A DNA stretch of 64,000 nt from Thermomicrobiales bacterium (GCA_035944555.1 DASZAY010000021.1:66415-130414); one strand, 5' to 3'. Positions 27,065 to 37,507 are shown, numbered from the stretch's first letter. A program made the numbers and translations. The notes: generated from the letters alone by a model not told the origin.

Positions 27065-29929
27065 CTACTCGGCGTTATCGTCCCGGTGGAACGGCCGGTA
27101 TGGCTGCTCGCGCTGCTGCTGCGGGCGGCGCGGTCGGTCGAAGTTGCGCTCCTGTCGGGGAGCATCATCGAAGCGACGCGGCCCACGATCCTCGCGAGGC
27201 GCACGATCGTCGCGCGGCCCTCGGTCCTCACGCGGCCCACGATCCTCCCGGGGACCACGGTCGTTGTCGAAGCGGCGTGGCCCGCCACCGGCGCGGTCGA
27301 CCGGCCGGTCCTCGCGACGGGGGCCGCGGTCCTCACGATCCTCGAAGCGGCGCGGACCACGGTCATCGCGGTCCTCGAACCGGCGGGGGGCGCGATCGTC
27401 ACGGCGGGGACCACGATCCTCGAAGGTGCGCGGGCCGCGGTCCTCGAATCCGAACTGGCCGCCACGGGGTCCACGATCGTCACGCGGACCACGGTCGAAG
27501 CCACCACGGTCACGGCGGGGACCACGGTCACCACGGTCGTTGAACGAACGACCGCCACCGCCACCGCCTCGACCACCACCGAACTCACCGGTGCGCGGTG
27601 CTTCCGTGGAGATTTCGGCCTGGACCGGACGACCCTTCATCCGGATGGTGGTCATTGCCTCCATCACTGCTTCGACACTGGCCGTCGGCACATCGACGAA
27701 GGTCGACGTGTCGAGGATGTCAATGGCCCCAATACTCCGACCCGGGATGTTGGCCTCGTTGGCGATCGCGCCGACGATGTCCTGCGGGCGGATGCCCTGG
27801 GCTCGGCCGATGTTGAGGAACAGCCGGGTCATGCCCTGCTCACCACGGCCGCGCTGGGCGGAACCGAAGGTGGCGAGGTCGTCCTCGGTGTTCTCGGTGA
27901 TGGCGCCACGTCCCGTCTCGTCAGCGTACAGCTTGAGCAGGGCGGCCGCGATCGCCGACACGTCGTTGTCTTCAGCAAGCTGCTCAACGACTTCAAGGTA
28001 CGGCTCGTAATTAGACTCATCACGCAGCGTGTCGGAGATAAGGTTCTTCATCGCCTCGCGGCGACGATCAGCGACATCAGCCAGCGTGGGCAGGCGACGA
28101 ACATCGATCTTGCCCTTGGTCGCCCGCTCGATCTGGCGAAGCCAGCGGAGTTCACGGGGAGAGACGAGGGTGATCGCGTCTCCGGCACGCCCGGCGCGGC
28201 CCGTCCGGCCAATCCGATGGACGTATGCCTCGGTGCTCTCCGGGATGTCGAAGTTGATGACGTGGCTGACCTCAGGGATGTCGAGACCACGGGCCGCGAC
28301 GTCGGTCGCGATCAGGATCTCGGCCGTCCCCGACCGGAACCGCTTCATGACGCGATCACGCTGGGCCTGCGACAGGTCACCATGGAGCGTCTCCACGGCG
28401 TAGCCGCGAGCAAGCAGAGACTCTCCGAGCTCATCCACACCGTTCTTGGTCCGGCAGAAGATCATCGCACTGGTCGGCGCTTCCGCATCAAGGATCCGGT
28501 TGAGCACGTCGACCTTGCGCGACCGCGGTACCTCGTAGGCACTCTGGGTGGTCGTCGGGACGGTGACTTCCTTGCCCCGGACCGAGATCCGGGCAGGGTC
28601 CTTCATGTGATTGCGGGCGAGCTGCTCGATCCGCGGCGGCATGGTCGCGGAGAAGAGCGCCATCTGGCGGCTCTCCGGGACCTGGCCGAGGATCCAGTCG
28701 ACGTCGTCGATGAAGCCCATGTCGAGCATCTCGTCGGCTTCGTCAAGCACGAAGAAGCGCGCGGCCTCAAGCGACAGGGAGCCCCGCCGCATGTGGTCCA
28801 TGACACGGCCCGGGGTGCCGACAACAATCTGCACGCCGCGCTGGAGGCCACGGAACTGGCGCTCATAGGCCTGCCCTCCGTAGATGGGAAGGGTCTCGAC
28901 ATGCTTGTGCTTGCCGTACTTGTGCAGGGCCTCGGCGACTTGGATGGCCAGCTCGCGGGTCGGGCAAAGGATCAGAGCCTGCACGCCTCGCTGCGAGGGG
29001 TCGATGGATTCGATGATCGGCAGACCGAACGCCGCCGTCTTGCCGGAGCCAGTCTGCGCCTGAGCGATGACATCACGGCCATGCAGCAGGTCCGGAATCG
29101 TCGCCATCTGGATCGGGGTCGGGGCCTCGTAGCCAACGTCCTTGAGCGATCGGAGCAGGTCTCCGGTCAGGCCAAGGTCCTCGAACGTCGTCGACGGCTC
29201 ATCGTTGTCGGTGGAGGCGCTGGCATCAGATGCCCTGCTCGCTGGCTTGGCCTCCCTGGACTCCGCCTCGTTGGCGGTCGTTCCGTTGTTCCGGGTTTCA
29301 GCCACGACGGCCGTTTCCTCGGCGGCAGACTCGTCCGCGGGCTCGGTAGCAGACGCGACTTCGTCGACCACGGGCTCAGCGGCGGTTTCCGCAGCCAGCT
29401 CGGTGGTGAATTGTGAATCGTCGGCGGGCTCATCCTCGATCGCGTCGGCCGTGGCGGCAGGCTCGATGATGACGGTCTCGTCACCAGAAGCAGGCTCCGC
29501 CGTGTCCATGACGGTTTCACCCGTAGCGGGATCGGTCAGGGGCTCGGTCACCTGTTCAGCATTCGACGTGTCGTCGGTCGCCGACGTGGCAGTCTCTGCC
29601 GCAGCCGTTGTTTCGGCGGCCTTCTTCAGGCGCGGCGCGCGCGGCCTGGTTGGCTTCTTCACCGGAGCGGCGACCGCTTCGGTCGCTATTTCGGTCTCAG
29701 TCACTTCAGTATCTCCGACGGTCGGAGCAGCCTCGGGCTGCCCGTCCTCGACGGGGACAACCTCGCCGGCGAGATCCATCTGCGCGACGTCGGAGTCGCC
29801 CTGTGCGACATCGGTCCCGGTCGCGACAGTCTCGCTATCGGCCTGCTCAGTGGTGGGTTCGACGGCCCCGGTGACGTCCTGGCCCTCGTTTTCGGACGCA
29901 GTGATCTCATCTGTCCGCGTGGCGGGCAT
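27065..29929 (-). CDS. DEAD-box ATP-dependent RNA helicase with acidic N-terminal extension, DbpA-like C-domain and DRGPR-repeat tail
   Basis: Helicase motifs are complete: Q motif GYEAPTPIQ, then [36 protein letters not shown] and [11 protein letters not shown] chose ATG 29929 (AAGGGA SD) over the track's 30232. An alternative GTG start closer to the core is possible. Confidence 0.85.
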   Translation of the reverse strand: MPATRTDEITASENEGQDVTGAVEPTTEQADSETVATGTDVAQGDSDVAQMDLAGEVVPVEDGQPEAAPTVGDTEVTETEIATEAVAAPVKKPTRPRAPRLKKAAETTAAAETATSATDDTSNAEQVTEPLTDPATGETVMDTAEPASGDETVIIEPAATADAIEDEPADDSQFTTELAAETAAEPVVDEVASATEPADESAAEETAVVAETRNNGTTANEAESREAKPASRASDASASTDNDEPSTTFEDLGLTGDLLRSLKDVGYEAPTPIQMATIPDLLHGRDVIAQAQTGSGKTAAFGLPIIESIDPSQRGVQALILCPTRELAIQVAEALHKYGKHKHVETLPIYGGQAYERQFRGLQRGVQIVVGTPGRVMDHMRRGSLSLEAARFFVLDEADEMLDMGFIDDVDWILGQVPESRQMALFSATMPPRIEQLARNHMKDPARISVRGKEVTVPTTTQSAYEVPRSRKVDVLNRILDAEAPTSAMIFCRTKNGVDELGESLLARGYAVETLHGDLSQAQRDRVMKRFRSGTAEILIATDVAARGLDIPEVSHVINFDIPESTEAYVHRIGRTGRAGRAGDAITLVSPRELRWLRQIERATKGKIDVRRLPTLADVADRRREAMKNLISDTLRDESNYEPYLEVVEQLAEDNDVSAIAAALLKLYADETGRGAITENTEDDLATFGSAQRGRGEQGMTRLFLNIGRAQGIRPQDIVGAIANEANIPGRSIGAIDILDTSTFVDVPTASVEAVMEAMTTIRMKGRPVQAEISTEAPRTGEFGGGRGGGGGGRSFNDRGDRGPRRDRGGFDRGPRDDRGPRGGQFGFEDRGPRTFEDRGPRRDDRAPRRFEDRDDRGPRRFEDREDRGPRREDRPVDRAGGGPRRFDNDRGPREDRGPREDRGPRDDRAPREDRGPRRFDDAPRQERNFDRPRRPQQQREQPYRPFHRDDNAE
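27165..27545 (-). repeat. In-frame degenerate 15-nt-period tandem repeats encoding the (E/D)DRGPR tail of the helicase
   Basis: The DNA shows recurring cgcggcccacgatcctc-like units. The protein tail reads [24 protein letters not shown]...[10 protein letters not shown]...[33 protein letters not shown]. Confidence 0.85.
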
Positions 29930-30255
29930 GACATTCCCTTTCGATGGCGTGAGAGACGCCTGAACGCCGGCAACGGACCTCTCACGGCTCACGTGGCGAA
30001 TGCCAGGCGACGTCGAATCCCGGTGCGGGCGTTTGTTCTGTGGCGGCGATCGGATGTGGTGCGCGGTGAACGCCGGTCGCCGAACTTGGCGGGACCGGTC
30101 AGTGCCAGGCCGATGGTTGGCGGGACACTGGTCGCGACGCCGCTGGTCGCGATTCCCTTGGGGGCAGGTGCCACCCCGGATGCCATGCCTGAGGCGCATG
30201 GCCAGCAGTTGGAAACTGTGGAGGGAGGACACCAGCTATATGGCGCAACGTGAAC

Positions 30256-30264
30256 AGTATACCA
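30256..30264 (-). promoter_or_regulatory. Candidate extended -10 (TGgTATACT) for the helicase gene
   Basis: The minus strand reads cTGgTATACTg inside the only AT-rich patch of the intergenic region. This implies a 5' UTR of about 320 nt. Confidence 0.3.
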
Positions 30265-30554
30265 GTTTACGGCCCAACTTACCGCCCGTTAGCCACTCCG
30301 GGTCCTAGGTTTCCGCTTGCGTCCCGGACGCCCCTGGTCGATCGATTAGGCCCAATACGCCTCCGGGACCCGGGTCCGCTACGCCCGAAGGGGAGCGTGC
30401 GGGTTTCCGCAACTTGCGGTTTCCGCCCGCCAAATCAGCTTTCGTTCAGGCGGCGCAATATCGTCGCTTCCCCTGATTCCGGGACGGCCCTGCATGATGA
30501 ACCTGTTAGGCTGTTCGCATCGAAATGACTAGGACCTACCAAGGAAGTAGCCAC

Positions 30555-33251
30555 GTGTCCGACGCTCGACTCACGCAGGAAACGGACTCGACCGTGTCAC
30601 CCAACCAGGCACCACCGGACGAAGGCCTACCGATTGATCCTGATACGGTCGAAGAAGCTCTCGAGGCTGTCGGAGCGCTGGACGAGATCGAGGGTGCCGA
30701 AAATCCGCCCGTCGCTCCGATGTCGCTCGTTACAACTCCTCTGCCCCATGGAACCGACGACCCCGTGACAGAAGGTCTGGAGTACCGGCGCCGATTCCGT
30801 GGGCTGATCGGCGTCCGGAGCAAGGTACCCATCCGCGACCGGGCCATCCTGTCGCTCGTCTACACACCCGGCGTCGCGGAAGCATGTCTGGCAATCGAGA
30901 AGGACGCGCTGGCCTCCTACGATCTGACCTGCCGCGGGAACACCGTCGCGATCCTCACCGATGGATCTGACCTGTTCGGCTCGCAGGGCGGCACCGGTGC
31001 TGAGGCGCTGCCGATCGAGGAGGGCAAGAGCGTCCTGTTCAAGACGTTTGCCGGCATCGACGCCTTCCCGATCTGCCTTGAGAGCCACGACCTCAACCGG
31101 GCCGTCCAGGCCGGCGTAGCCATCGCGCCGACATTCGGCGCGATTTGCCTTGACGACATCGCCGCACCGGGTGCGTTCACGATCGCCGATCATCTGGAGA
31201 AGGCCGCCGATATCCCGGTGTTCTCCAACCAGCATCACGGCACCGCCGTGCTCGTCCTCGGCGCGCTGATCAACGCCCTCAAGGTGACCGGTCGCGAGGC
31301 GGCTACCACCCGGATCGTAATCAGTGGGGCCGGAGTGGCAGGGATCGGCGTGGCCCGGCTGCTCGTCCGCTCCGGGTTCCGCGACGTAATCGTCTGCGAC
31401 CGCGCCGGGGCCATCCACCGCTACCGTCCGGACCGGATGCACTGGGCCAAGGCCTACGTCGCCAAGGAAACCAACCTCGACAACCGGCAGGGCAACCTGC
31501 GTGAGATGCTCAAGGGCGCGGACGTGTTCGTCGGATTGAGCACCGGCGGCATCGTCGACGGCGAGATGATCGCGTCGATGGCGGCTGACCCGATCGTCTT
31601 CTCACTGGCCGTCCCAGACCCGGAGATCGCACCGGCGCTGGCCCGAGAGGCCGGCGCCCGCGTCGTCGCGACGTCCCGCTCGGACTTCGCCAACCAGATG
31701 GACATCTCGCTGGTCTTCCCTGGCGTCTTCCGGGGCCTCTTGGACAGCCGCGCACGCAACATCCGGCTCAGGACGCTGCGGTACGCAGCCGAGGCCCTGG
31801 CCGACATGGTTCAGCCGGACGAGCTCCACGCCGAGTTCATAGTGCCGCGCATCTTCGACTTCCGGGTCGCCCCGGCGGTTGCTGAGGCGGTCGCGCGAGC
31901 GGCGGTCGAGAGCGGTGAGGCGGGCCGGCAGGTCGATCCCGGTGAAGTGGCCGCCCGGACCCGGCGCTTCGTCTACGAGGGCAAGTTCCAGTCGCCGCCG
32001 CAGCGCACCAACGGCGACCAGCGCACCTTCAAGGAGGAGGCGATTGATCTGCGGCGCCGCCACGGCGGTGTCCTGGAGATCGAAAGCAAGCTACCGATCC
32101 GCGACCACCACATCCTCAACATGGTCTACGTCCCCCCGGCGGCATACACCCCGGCCCAGATCATCCGGGAGACCCCCAGCGAGATCACCAACCTGACCTC
32201 CAAGGGCAACCTCGTCGCGATCGTGACGGACGGGTCAGCGGTGCTCGGACTGGGCGACATCGGCCCGCAGGCCTCCCTGCCGGTGATGGAGGGCAAGGCG
32301 GTCCTTTTCCGCTCGCTGGCCGGCGTCGAAGCCTTCCCCATCTGCCTGATGTCGCGGGACGTCGACGAGATCGTCGACATCGTCGCCTCAATCTCGCCCT
32401 CGTTTGGCGGGATCAACCTCGAGGATATCGCCGCCCCCCGCTGCTTCGAGATCGAGCGGAAGCTGCGGGACCGGCTGGCCCTCCCGGTCTTCCACGACGA
32501 TCAGCACGGCACCGCGATCGTCGTCTCGGCGGGCGTGATCAACGGCCTGAAGCTGCGCGGGACCGCGATCGAGGACGTCCGCATTACGATCAACGGCGCC
32601 GGAGCGGCCGGAGTGGCGGTCGCCAAGCTGCTGCTCGCCTTCGGTGCTGGTGACGTCATCCTCTGCGACCGTGCCGGCGCGATCCACGAGGGCCGGACGG
32701 CCAACATGGACGACTCCAAGCGCGAGATCGCCCGGATCACCAATCGCGCCAACCTGTCCGGCTCGCTCACCGACGCGCTCGTCGGAGCCGACATCTTCAT
32801 CGGGCTCTCGGCGCCGGGCGTGCTGACGCCGGAGATGATCGGCCGGATGGCGGAGCGGCCCCTGGTCTTCGCGCTGGCCAACCCGACGCCGGAGATCTAC
32901 CCGGACGAGGCGCGCAAGGCCGGGGCGCTCGCCGTGGCGACCGGCAGGAGCGACTTCCCCAACCAGATCAACAACTCGCTGGCCTTCCCCGGCGTGTTCC
33001 GCGGCGCGCTGGATATCGAAGCCCGGACGGTCAATGACGAGATGAAGATGGCCGCCGCCGAGGCGATCGCCAACCTCGTCTCCCCGTCGGAGCTGTCGGC
33101 GGATTTCCTGATCCCCGACAGTCTCGACCTGCGGGTTCCGCCCCGGGTTGCCTCCGCGGTCGCCACGGCAGGAATCGCGACCGGTGTCCACCGCCTTGAT
33201 GTCGACCCGGCAACGATCGAAGCGAGGGCACGGGACCTGGTCTACGAGTAA
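30555..33251 (+). CDS. Tandem-duplicated NAD(P)-dependent malic enzyme (two complete ME modules in one polypeptide)
   Basis: Module A carries YTPGVA, EEGKSVLFK and ISGAGVAGIG, but has LDDI and SNQHHGTA. Module B carries MEGKAVLFR, FGGINLEDI, FHDDQHGTA, INGAGAAGVA and GRSDFPNQINN. The modules end in ...RRFVYE and ...DLVYE. GTG 30555 behind an AAGGAAG SD is preferred over ATG 30525. Confidence 0.8.
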   Translation: MSDARLTQETDSTVSPNQAPPDEGLPIDPDTVEEALEAVGALDEIEGAENPPVAPMSLVTTPLPHGTDDPVTEGLEYRRRFRGLIGVRSKVPIRDRAILSLVYTPGVAEACLAIEKDALASYDLTCRGNTVAILTDGSDLFGSQGGTGAEALPIEEGKSVLFKTFAGIDAFPICLESHDLNRAVQAGVAIAPTFGAICLDDIAAPGAFTIADHLEKAADIPVFSNQHHGTAVLVLGALINALKVTGREAATTRIVISGAGVAGIGVARLLVRSGFRDVIVCDRAGAIHRYRPDRMHWAKAYVAKETNLDNRQGNLREMLKGADVFVGLSTGGIVDGEMIASMAADPIVFSLAVPDPEIAPALAREAGARVVATSRSDFANQMDISLVFPGVFRGLLDSRARNIRLRTLRYAAEALADMVQPDELHAEFIVPRIFDFRVAPAVAEAVARAAVESGEAGRQVDPGEVAARTRRFVYEGKFQSPPQRTNGDQRTFKEEAIDLRRRHGGVLEIESKLPIRDHHILNMVYVPPAAYTPAQIIRETPSEITNLTSKGNLVAIVTDGSAVLGLGDIGPQASLPVMEGKAVLFRSLAGVEAFPICLMSRDVDEIVDIVASISPSFGGINLEDIAAPRCFEIERKLRDRLALPVFHDDQHGTAIVVSAGVINGLKLRGTAIEDVRITINGAGAAGVAVAKLLLAFGAGDVILCDRAGAIHEGRTANMDDSKREIARITNRANLSGSLTDALVGADIFIGLSAPGVLTPEMIGRMAERPLVFALANPTPEIYPDEARKAGALAVATGRSDFPNQINNSLAFPGVFRGALDIEARTVNDEMKMAAAEAIANLVSPSELSADFLIPDSLDLRVPPRVASAVATAGIATGVHRLDVDPATIEARARDLVYE

Positions 33252-33437
33252 CCCGGTCAGGGGCGGTCGGACTGATCTGCCCGGAACCGAGCGCCATGAC
33301 GGGGATGATCCGGACGACCGGGTCATCCCCGTCGTCGTCCAGGACCCATCCGAACCGCTATGCTCCATCTCGCCAGACCTCGTCATGTCCCGGCGGGCGT
33401 GACACGACGAGGATCGATACGACGAGGACGTCGAAGC

Positions 33438-35483
33438 ATGAGGACCACGGGCGGAATGACCAATAGCACGTCGATCGGAGCGCTGGCACAGCAACTCGAA
33501 GCGGAACTCTACGCCGCCTACCCGGACCGCCCTGGAGCCGAGGCACACGGAGGGGAGCACACTGCTCTACGCGCCGCGTTCAGCCGTTTCGGACGGGAGT
33601 CTGTCGTCGCGGGAATCTCGCTCGAGGACGCGATGGCGGCCAGCGTGGATATCCTCCAGGGCCTGTTCGAGCGGGTCGGGGGAAGGACGGGCGACGCCGT
33701 CACCATGCGACTGGCCGGGATCGCGCTGGCGGCCGTCAGTCGCGGCTACCAGACCACGGCGGAGTCGCCGGCCGGGGTGAACGGTAACCCGCCGATGCCG
33801 ACCCAGCTCAGCAGACTGGCCGCGCTGCACCGCGTCAACCGGGCAATCACCGCGCACCTCGAGCTCAACGACATGCTCGAGACCACCGTCCGGATCGTCA
33901 CAGAGACGATGGCCAGCGATGGTGCGGCAGTGTTCCTGTATGACGAGGCGACGTCGTCACTGGCCCTCCGTTCGGCTGTCGGGCTGCAGCCGGCATCAGT
34001 CGGGGCGTTCACGATCCGGCCCGGTGAGGGCGTGACGGGCCGCGCCGCGAGCGAGCTCCAGCCCGTCGTCGCAACCATGGCGGGCGATCTGTCGGGCCTC
34101 CCCAGTGGCGCCAATCCCGGCGACGCGATCTACTCGTCCCAGCTGGCCGTCCCCCTGGTCCTTCACGGCATGAACGAGCTGGTCGGAGTGCTGACCATCT
34201 TCAGCATCGCGCCCCGCCGGTTCGAACCGGAGGAGATCACGTTCCTCCAGAGCGTGGCCAGTGAGCTGGCAATCAGCGCCGAGAACGGCCGCCTCTACGG
34301 CCAGACCGACGAGCGCCTCCGGCAGAAAGTCGATGAGCTCGGCACGCTGCAGCGCGTCTCCCGCACGGTCGCGTCGTCGCTGGATCTCGACGATGTGCTC
34401 CGCCTGATCGCCGAGCAGTCGGTCGAACTGATGGGAGCCGAAGCCGCCGCCATCTTCCGCGTTCGCCCAACCCAGAACGGTCGCCAGGACAAGGAGGCCC
34501 AGATCGAGTACTTCGCCGGCGACGAGCGCAAGGTTGTCAATGACCGGCGGGACAATCTCGTCCGCGAGGTCGTTGCGACCGGCAGTGCCCAGACGGTCGA
34601 TATCGACTACACGGACGGTTCCGGCACCCTGTTCTGTCTCCCACTCCGTTCGGCCAGGGAGATGTACGGGGCACTCTGCATCCGCATGCACCCCGACACG
34701 GAAATCACGGAGGACCAGCTTGGTCTGCTCCAGGCATTTACCGACTCGGCCTCGATGGCCATCGAGAACGCCCAGCTCTACCAGCAGGCCCGCCGTGGAC
34801 TGGAGACCGTCTCAGCGCTGCTCCAGGAGATGCACCACCGCGTCCGGAACAACCTGCAGACCGTCGCGGCGCTGCTCTCGCTCCAGATGCGGGCCAATGC
34901 CGACCAGCCCTGGTCGGGGATCCTGCGCGAAGCGATCAGCCGCATCCAGGCCATCGCCGCCGTCCACGACCTGCTCTCGGACGAGCGCCGGTTGAGCGGC
35001 ACAACGGTCGACGTGATCGCCAAGCACGTCGCCGACGAAGCCCACGTCACGATGATCCCGCCAGGAATGACTGTCGATTTCGAGATCCTGCCCAGCAATG
35101 TCACTGTGCCGTCGCGGCAGGGAACCATCGTGGCGCTCGTCATCAACGAGCTGATCACGAATGCCGTCAGCCACGGGTTCAAGGGTCGCGAGACGGGTCG
35201 CGTCTCGATCCGGACCTGGAAGCACGCCGGGTACGTCACGCTGGAAGTTGCCAACAACGGGCGCAGCGTGCCACGGAACTTCGAGCCCGCCCAGAGCACC
35301 GGCCTGGGGATGCGAATCGTCAGCCGCCTGGTCCAGAGTGACCTGCACGGCGAATTCACCATCGGCTCTCCCGGCGAGAGCGGCACGATCGCCCGGGTGA
35401 CGTTCCCGGTCGTCGAGGAAGAAGAGGAAGAGACGATCCTGCACCCGGCCGCGCGTCGTCCCGTGGCCGCGGTCCAGACATAG
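33438..35483 (+). CDS. GAF-domain sensor histidine kinase (HisKA_2/HWE-like), orphan
   Basis: H-box context LLQEMHHRVRNNLQTVAALLSLQ and an HATPase C-terminus (NELITNAVSHGF, GLGMRIV). Two GAF-like segments lie upstream. The start is uncertain (ATG 33438 or earlier). Confidence 0.8.
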   Translation: MRTTGGMTNSTSIGALAQQLEAELYAAYPDRPGAEAHGGEHTALRAAFSRFGRESVVAGISLEDAMAASVDILQGLFERVGGRTGDAVTMRLAGIALAAVSRGYQTTAESPAGVNGNPPMPTQLSRLAALHRVNRAITAHLELNDMLETTVRIVTETMASDGAAVFLYDEATSSLALRSAVGLQPASVGAFTIRPGEGVTGRAASELQPVVATMAGDLSGLPSGANPGDAIYSSQLAVPLVLHGMNELVGVLTIFSIAPRRFEPEEITFLQSVASELAISAENGRLYGQTDERLRQKVDELGTLQRVSRTVASSLDLDDVLRLIAEQSVELMGAEAAAIFRVRPTQNGRQDKEAQIEYFAGDERKVVNDRRDNLVREVVATGSAQTVDIDYTDGSGTLFCLPLRSAREMYGALCIRMHPDTEITEDQLGLLQAFTDSASMAIENAQLYQQARRGLETVSALLQEMHHRVRNNLQTVAALLSLQMRANADQPWSGILREAISRIQAIAAVHDLLSDERRLSGTTVDVIAKHVADEAHVTMIPPGMTVDFEILPSNVTVPSRQGTIVALVINELITNAVSHGFKGRETGRVSIRTWKHAGYVTLEVANNGRSVPRNFEPAQSTGLGMRIVSRLVQSDLHGEFTIGSPGESGTIARVTFPVVEEEEEETILHPAARRPVAAVQT

Positions 35484-35651
35484 CAACGGCTCCTGGAGCT
35501 CTCTCGCGGATATAACGTGCAATCCGTGCGCGATGGTGCCCGACCGTCACATGAGGATCGGGCTACCATCGGCGAAGGAACGGCTCCCCGGGACCGGGTC
35601 ATTCCCGGCTCCGGGGACGTCGGTGTGACGGAGTACGCGAGGGGGTCTGCG

Positions 35652-37481
35652 ATGACGATCGATAGCTTGCGACTTGGACGGGTGCTTCTGGCACTCGCCT
35701 TCATCGCCGGGATGTCTGGCGCGCTCGCCGGATACGGGTCCGTCCGTGCCCAGGTGGTTTCCCTCGGGAGCGACGAGACGGTCGAACCGACGGTCATCGC
35801 GCAAGGCGTCGCGGAGCTGCCGGACGACGATGTCGCCTGGCGGGTATTGCGCTCGACCGGCGGATCACGAGACGACCAGCAGCCCGTCCCGGCGGTGACC
35901 GGGTTCGTGGTCGCCGGGACGGACGACCTCCTGATCAGCGACCTCGACACCAGCGTCCAGACACTCCTTGGTCCGGCAGAAGCCAGCTGGGTGGCGGGTG
36001 ACTCGGAGCAGCAACGCGCATCGCTGACCGACGACCCGGTCACCTACTCCGAGATTGGCCCCGTCCCGGCGGACGACGCCGACGACGCGGGTGAGAGCGA
36101 CGTGGTGTTCGCGGGCGATGCCTTCGAAGGACCGGACGGCCCCCACCGGATCACCCTTTCGGTGGCCCTCCTCGGTCCGGATCAGGTCCTCGACGTGACG
36201 GTGGAGGATGGTCCGGTCCTGATCTATGTCAATGCCGGACAGCTCGCTGTCTCGACGGGTGGCGACCTGGCGACCGGCGATGCCCAGACATACGACGAGG
36301 ATATGTCGCTGACCAATGACGGGACCGACCCGGCCCGCGTCTACGTCGCGGCGATCGGTGCCAGCGTTCCGCCCCTGCCGTCGTTCGCCGGACAGGCGAC
36401 GCTGCAGGTCCGCGCCTGTCCGGAGGGGTCGTCCGGCTTCCAGTTCACCCCGAGTCAGTGCACGCCGGTCGATGCGGGTGACGGCTTCAGCGTCAGCCTC
36501 CTGGACGCCAACTACCAGCCGGTCGAGCCCAGCGGCGCGCTCGAGGACGGCGAGCAGACGTGGGACGACCTCGAGTTCGGGATCTACCCGTGGGGCGCAC
36601 CGACGCTCCCGGCTCCCTACGTCGGCAGCCTGTGGACGGACATCGACTCCAACCCGCTCGACATCGCCCAGGTCACGATCGACGCCGACACGCTGGATGT
36701 CACCCACATCCTCTACGTCTTCCCTATTACCGAAGGAACGATCTCGGTCAGCATTGCCAACTGTCCGTCGGGCGTCACGCCGGACAACCTCGCCGGCCAG
36801 ACGTGCGACGCCCCGGTCGGCAACACCACCAGTCTGACCGTCACCACGCCGGACGGAGAGACGCTCGACGCCAACGACGCGACGACCGGCAGTGGCGCCT
36901 ACGTCTTCACCGTCGACGTCGACAATGCGTCCGGTGCCTTCTTCACGGTCGACCAGGCGAGCCTGCCCGCTGGCTACGACGACTACCTCATCACGTCCGG
37001 CGGCGTGAACGACCTCAACGCGCCGCTGGCCGTCAGCCTGACGTCAAGCAGTCCCGCCGTCAGCGTGACGATCTACAACTTCACCGACGAGCAGCCGTCC
37101 CCGTCGCCATCTCCGTCGACAACACCGTCGGAAGCACCGTCGGTCAGCCTGGACGGGAGCGTGACGCTGCAGGTCCTCAGCTGCCCGTCGAGCGTCTCGA
37201 TCGGGAACCCCTCGGCCTACGATCAGTGCATGTCCTCGGTCGGGGGCTGGTCGGCAATCCTGGTCACGCCGTCCGGCCAGACGCTCCCGGCGAGTGCGTC
37301 CGGCGGGTCCTTCACCTACGGCGACCTTGCCCCCGGGACCTACTCGGTCGGCCTGACCGCCCTGCCGCCGGGCTACGCCAGTGCCGTCGCGCCAGGACTG
37401 TCGGGATCTGGCAGCCGAGTCAACGTATCGGTCTCGGCCGATAACCCGAGCCCGACGGTGACCGTCCTGGTTTTCCAATAG
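35652..37481 (+). CDS. Secreted protein with three Cys-pair, prealbumin/SpaA-like fold repeats
   Basis: Signal/TM segment LRLGRVLLALAFIAGMSGALAGYGSVRA. Three modules begin ...CP(E/S)G...C and contain LPAGY/LPPGY-type motifs (APGTYSVGLTALPPGY). A GAGGGGG SD precedes ATG 35652. Confidence 0.6.
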   Translation: MTIDSLRLGRVLLALAFIAGMSGALAGYGSVRAQVVSLGSDETVEPTVIAQGVAELPDDDVAWRVLRSTGGSRDDQQPVPAVTGFVVAGTDDLLISDLDTSVQTLLGPAEASWVAGDSEQQRASLTDDPVTYSEIGPVPADDADDAGESDVVFAGDAFEGPDGPHRITLSVALLGPDQVLDVTVEDGPVLIYVNAGQLAVSTGGDLATGDAQTYDEDMSLTNDGTDPARVYVAAIGASVPPLPSFAGQATLQVRACPEGSSGFQFTPSQCTPVDAGDGFSVSLLDANYQPVEPSGALEDGEQTWDDLEFGIYPWGAPTLPAPYVGSLWTDIDSNPLDIAQVTIDADTLDVTHILYVFPITEGTISVSIANCPSGVTPDNLAGQTCDAPVGNTTSLTVTTPDGETLDANDATTGSGAYVFTVDVDNASGAFFTVDQASLPAGYDDYLITSGGVNDLNAPLAVSLTSSSPAVSVTIYNFTDEQPSPSPSPSTTPSEAPSVSLDGSVTLQVLSCPSSVSIGNPSAYDQCMSSVGGWSAILVTPSGQTLPASASGGSFTYGDLAPGTYSVGLTALPPGYASAVAPGLSGSGSRVNVSVSADNPSPTVTVLVFQ

Positions 37482-37507
37482 CGGTTCACTACCCCAGGTC
37501 AGACGAC

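Noticed and set aside
27036-28010. Repetitive DNA and the RGPRSS-repeat ORF on the plus strand. I considered a CRISPR-like or satellite repeat.
   Set aside because: The repeats have a 15-nt period, are degenerate, have no spacers, and lie in-frame within the helicase C-terminal DRGPR tail on the minus strand. The plus-strand ORF is its mirror image.
29930-30232. A 101-aa N-terminal extension of the helicase ORF (the track start is 30232).
   Set aside because: The extension is Arg/His/Pro-rich and looks like junk, and no SD precedes 30232. ATG 29929 has an AAGGGA SD, and the predicted promoter lies within the extension.
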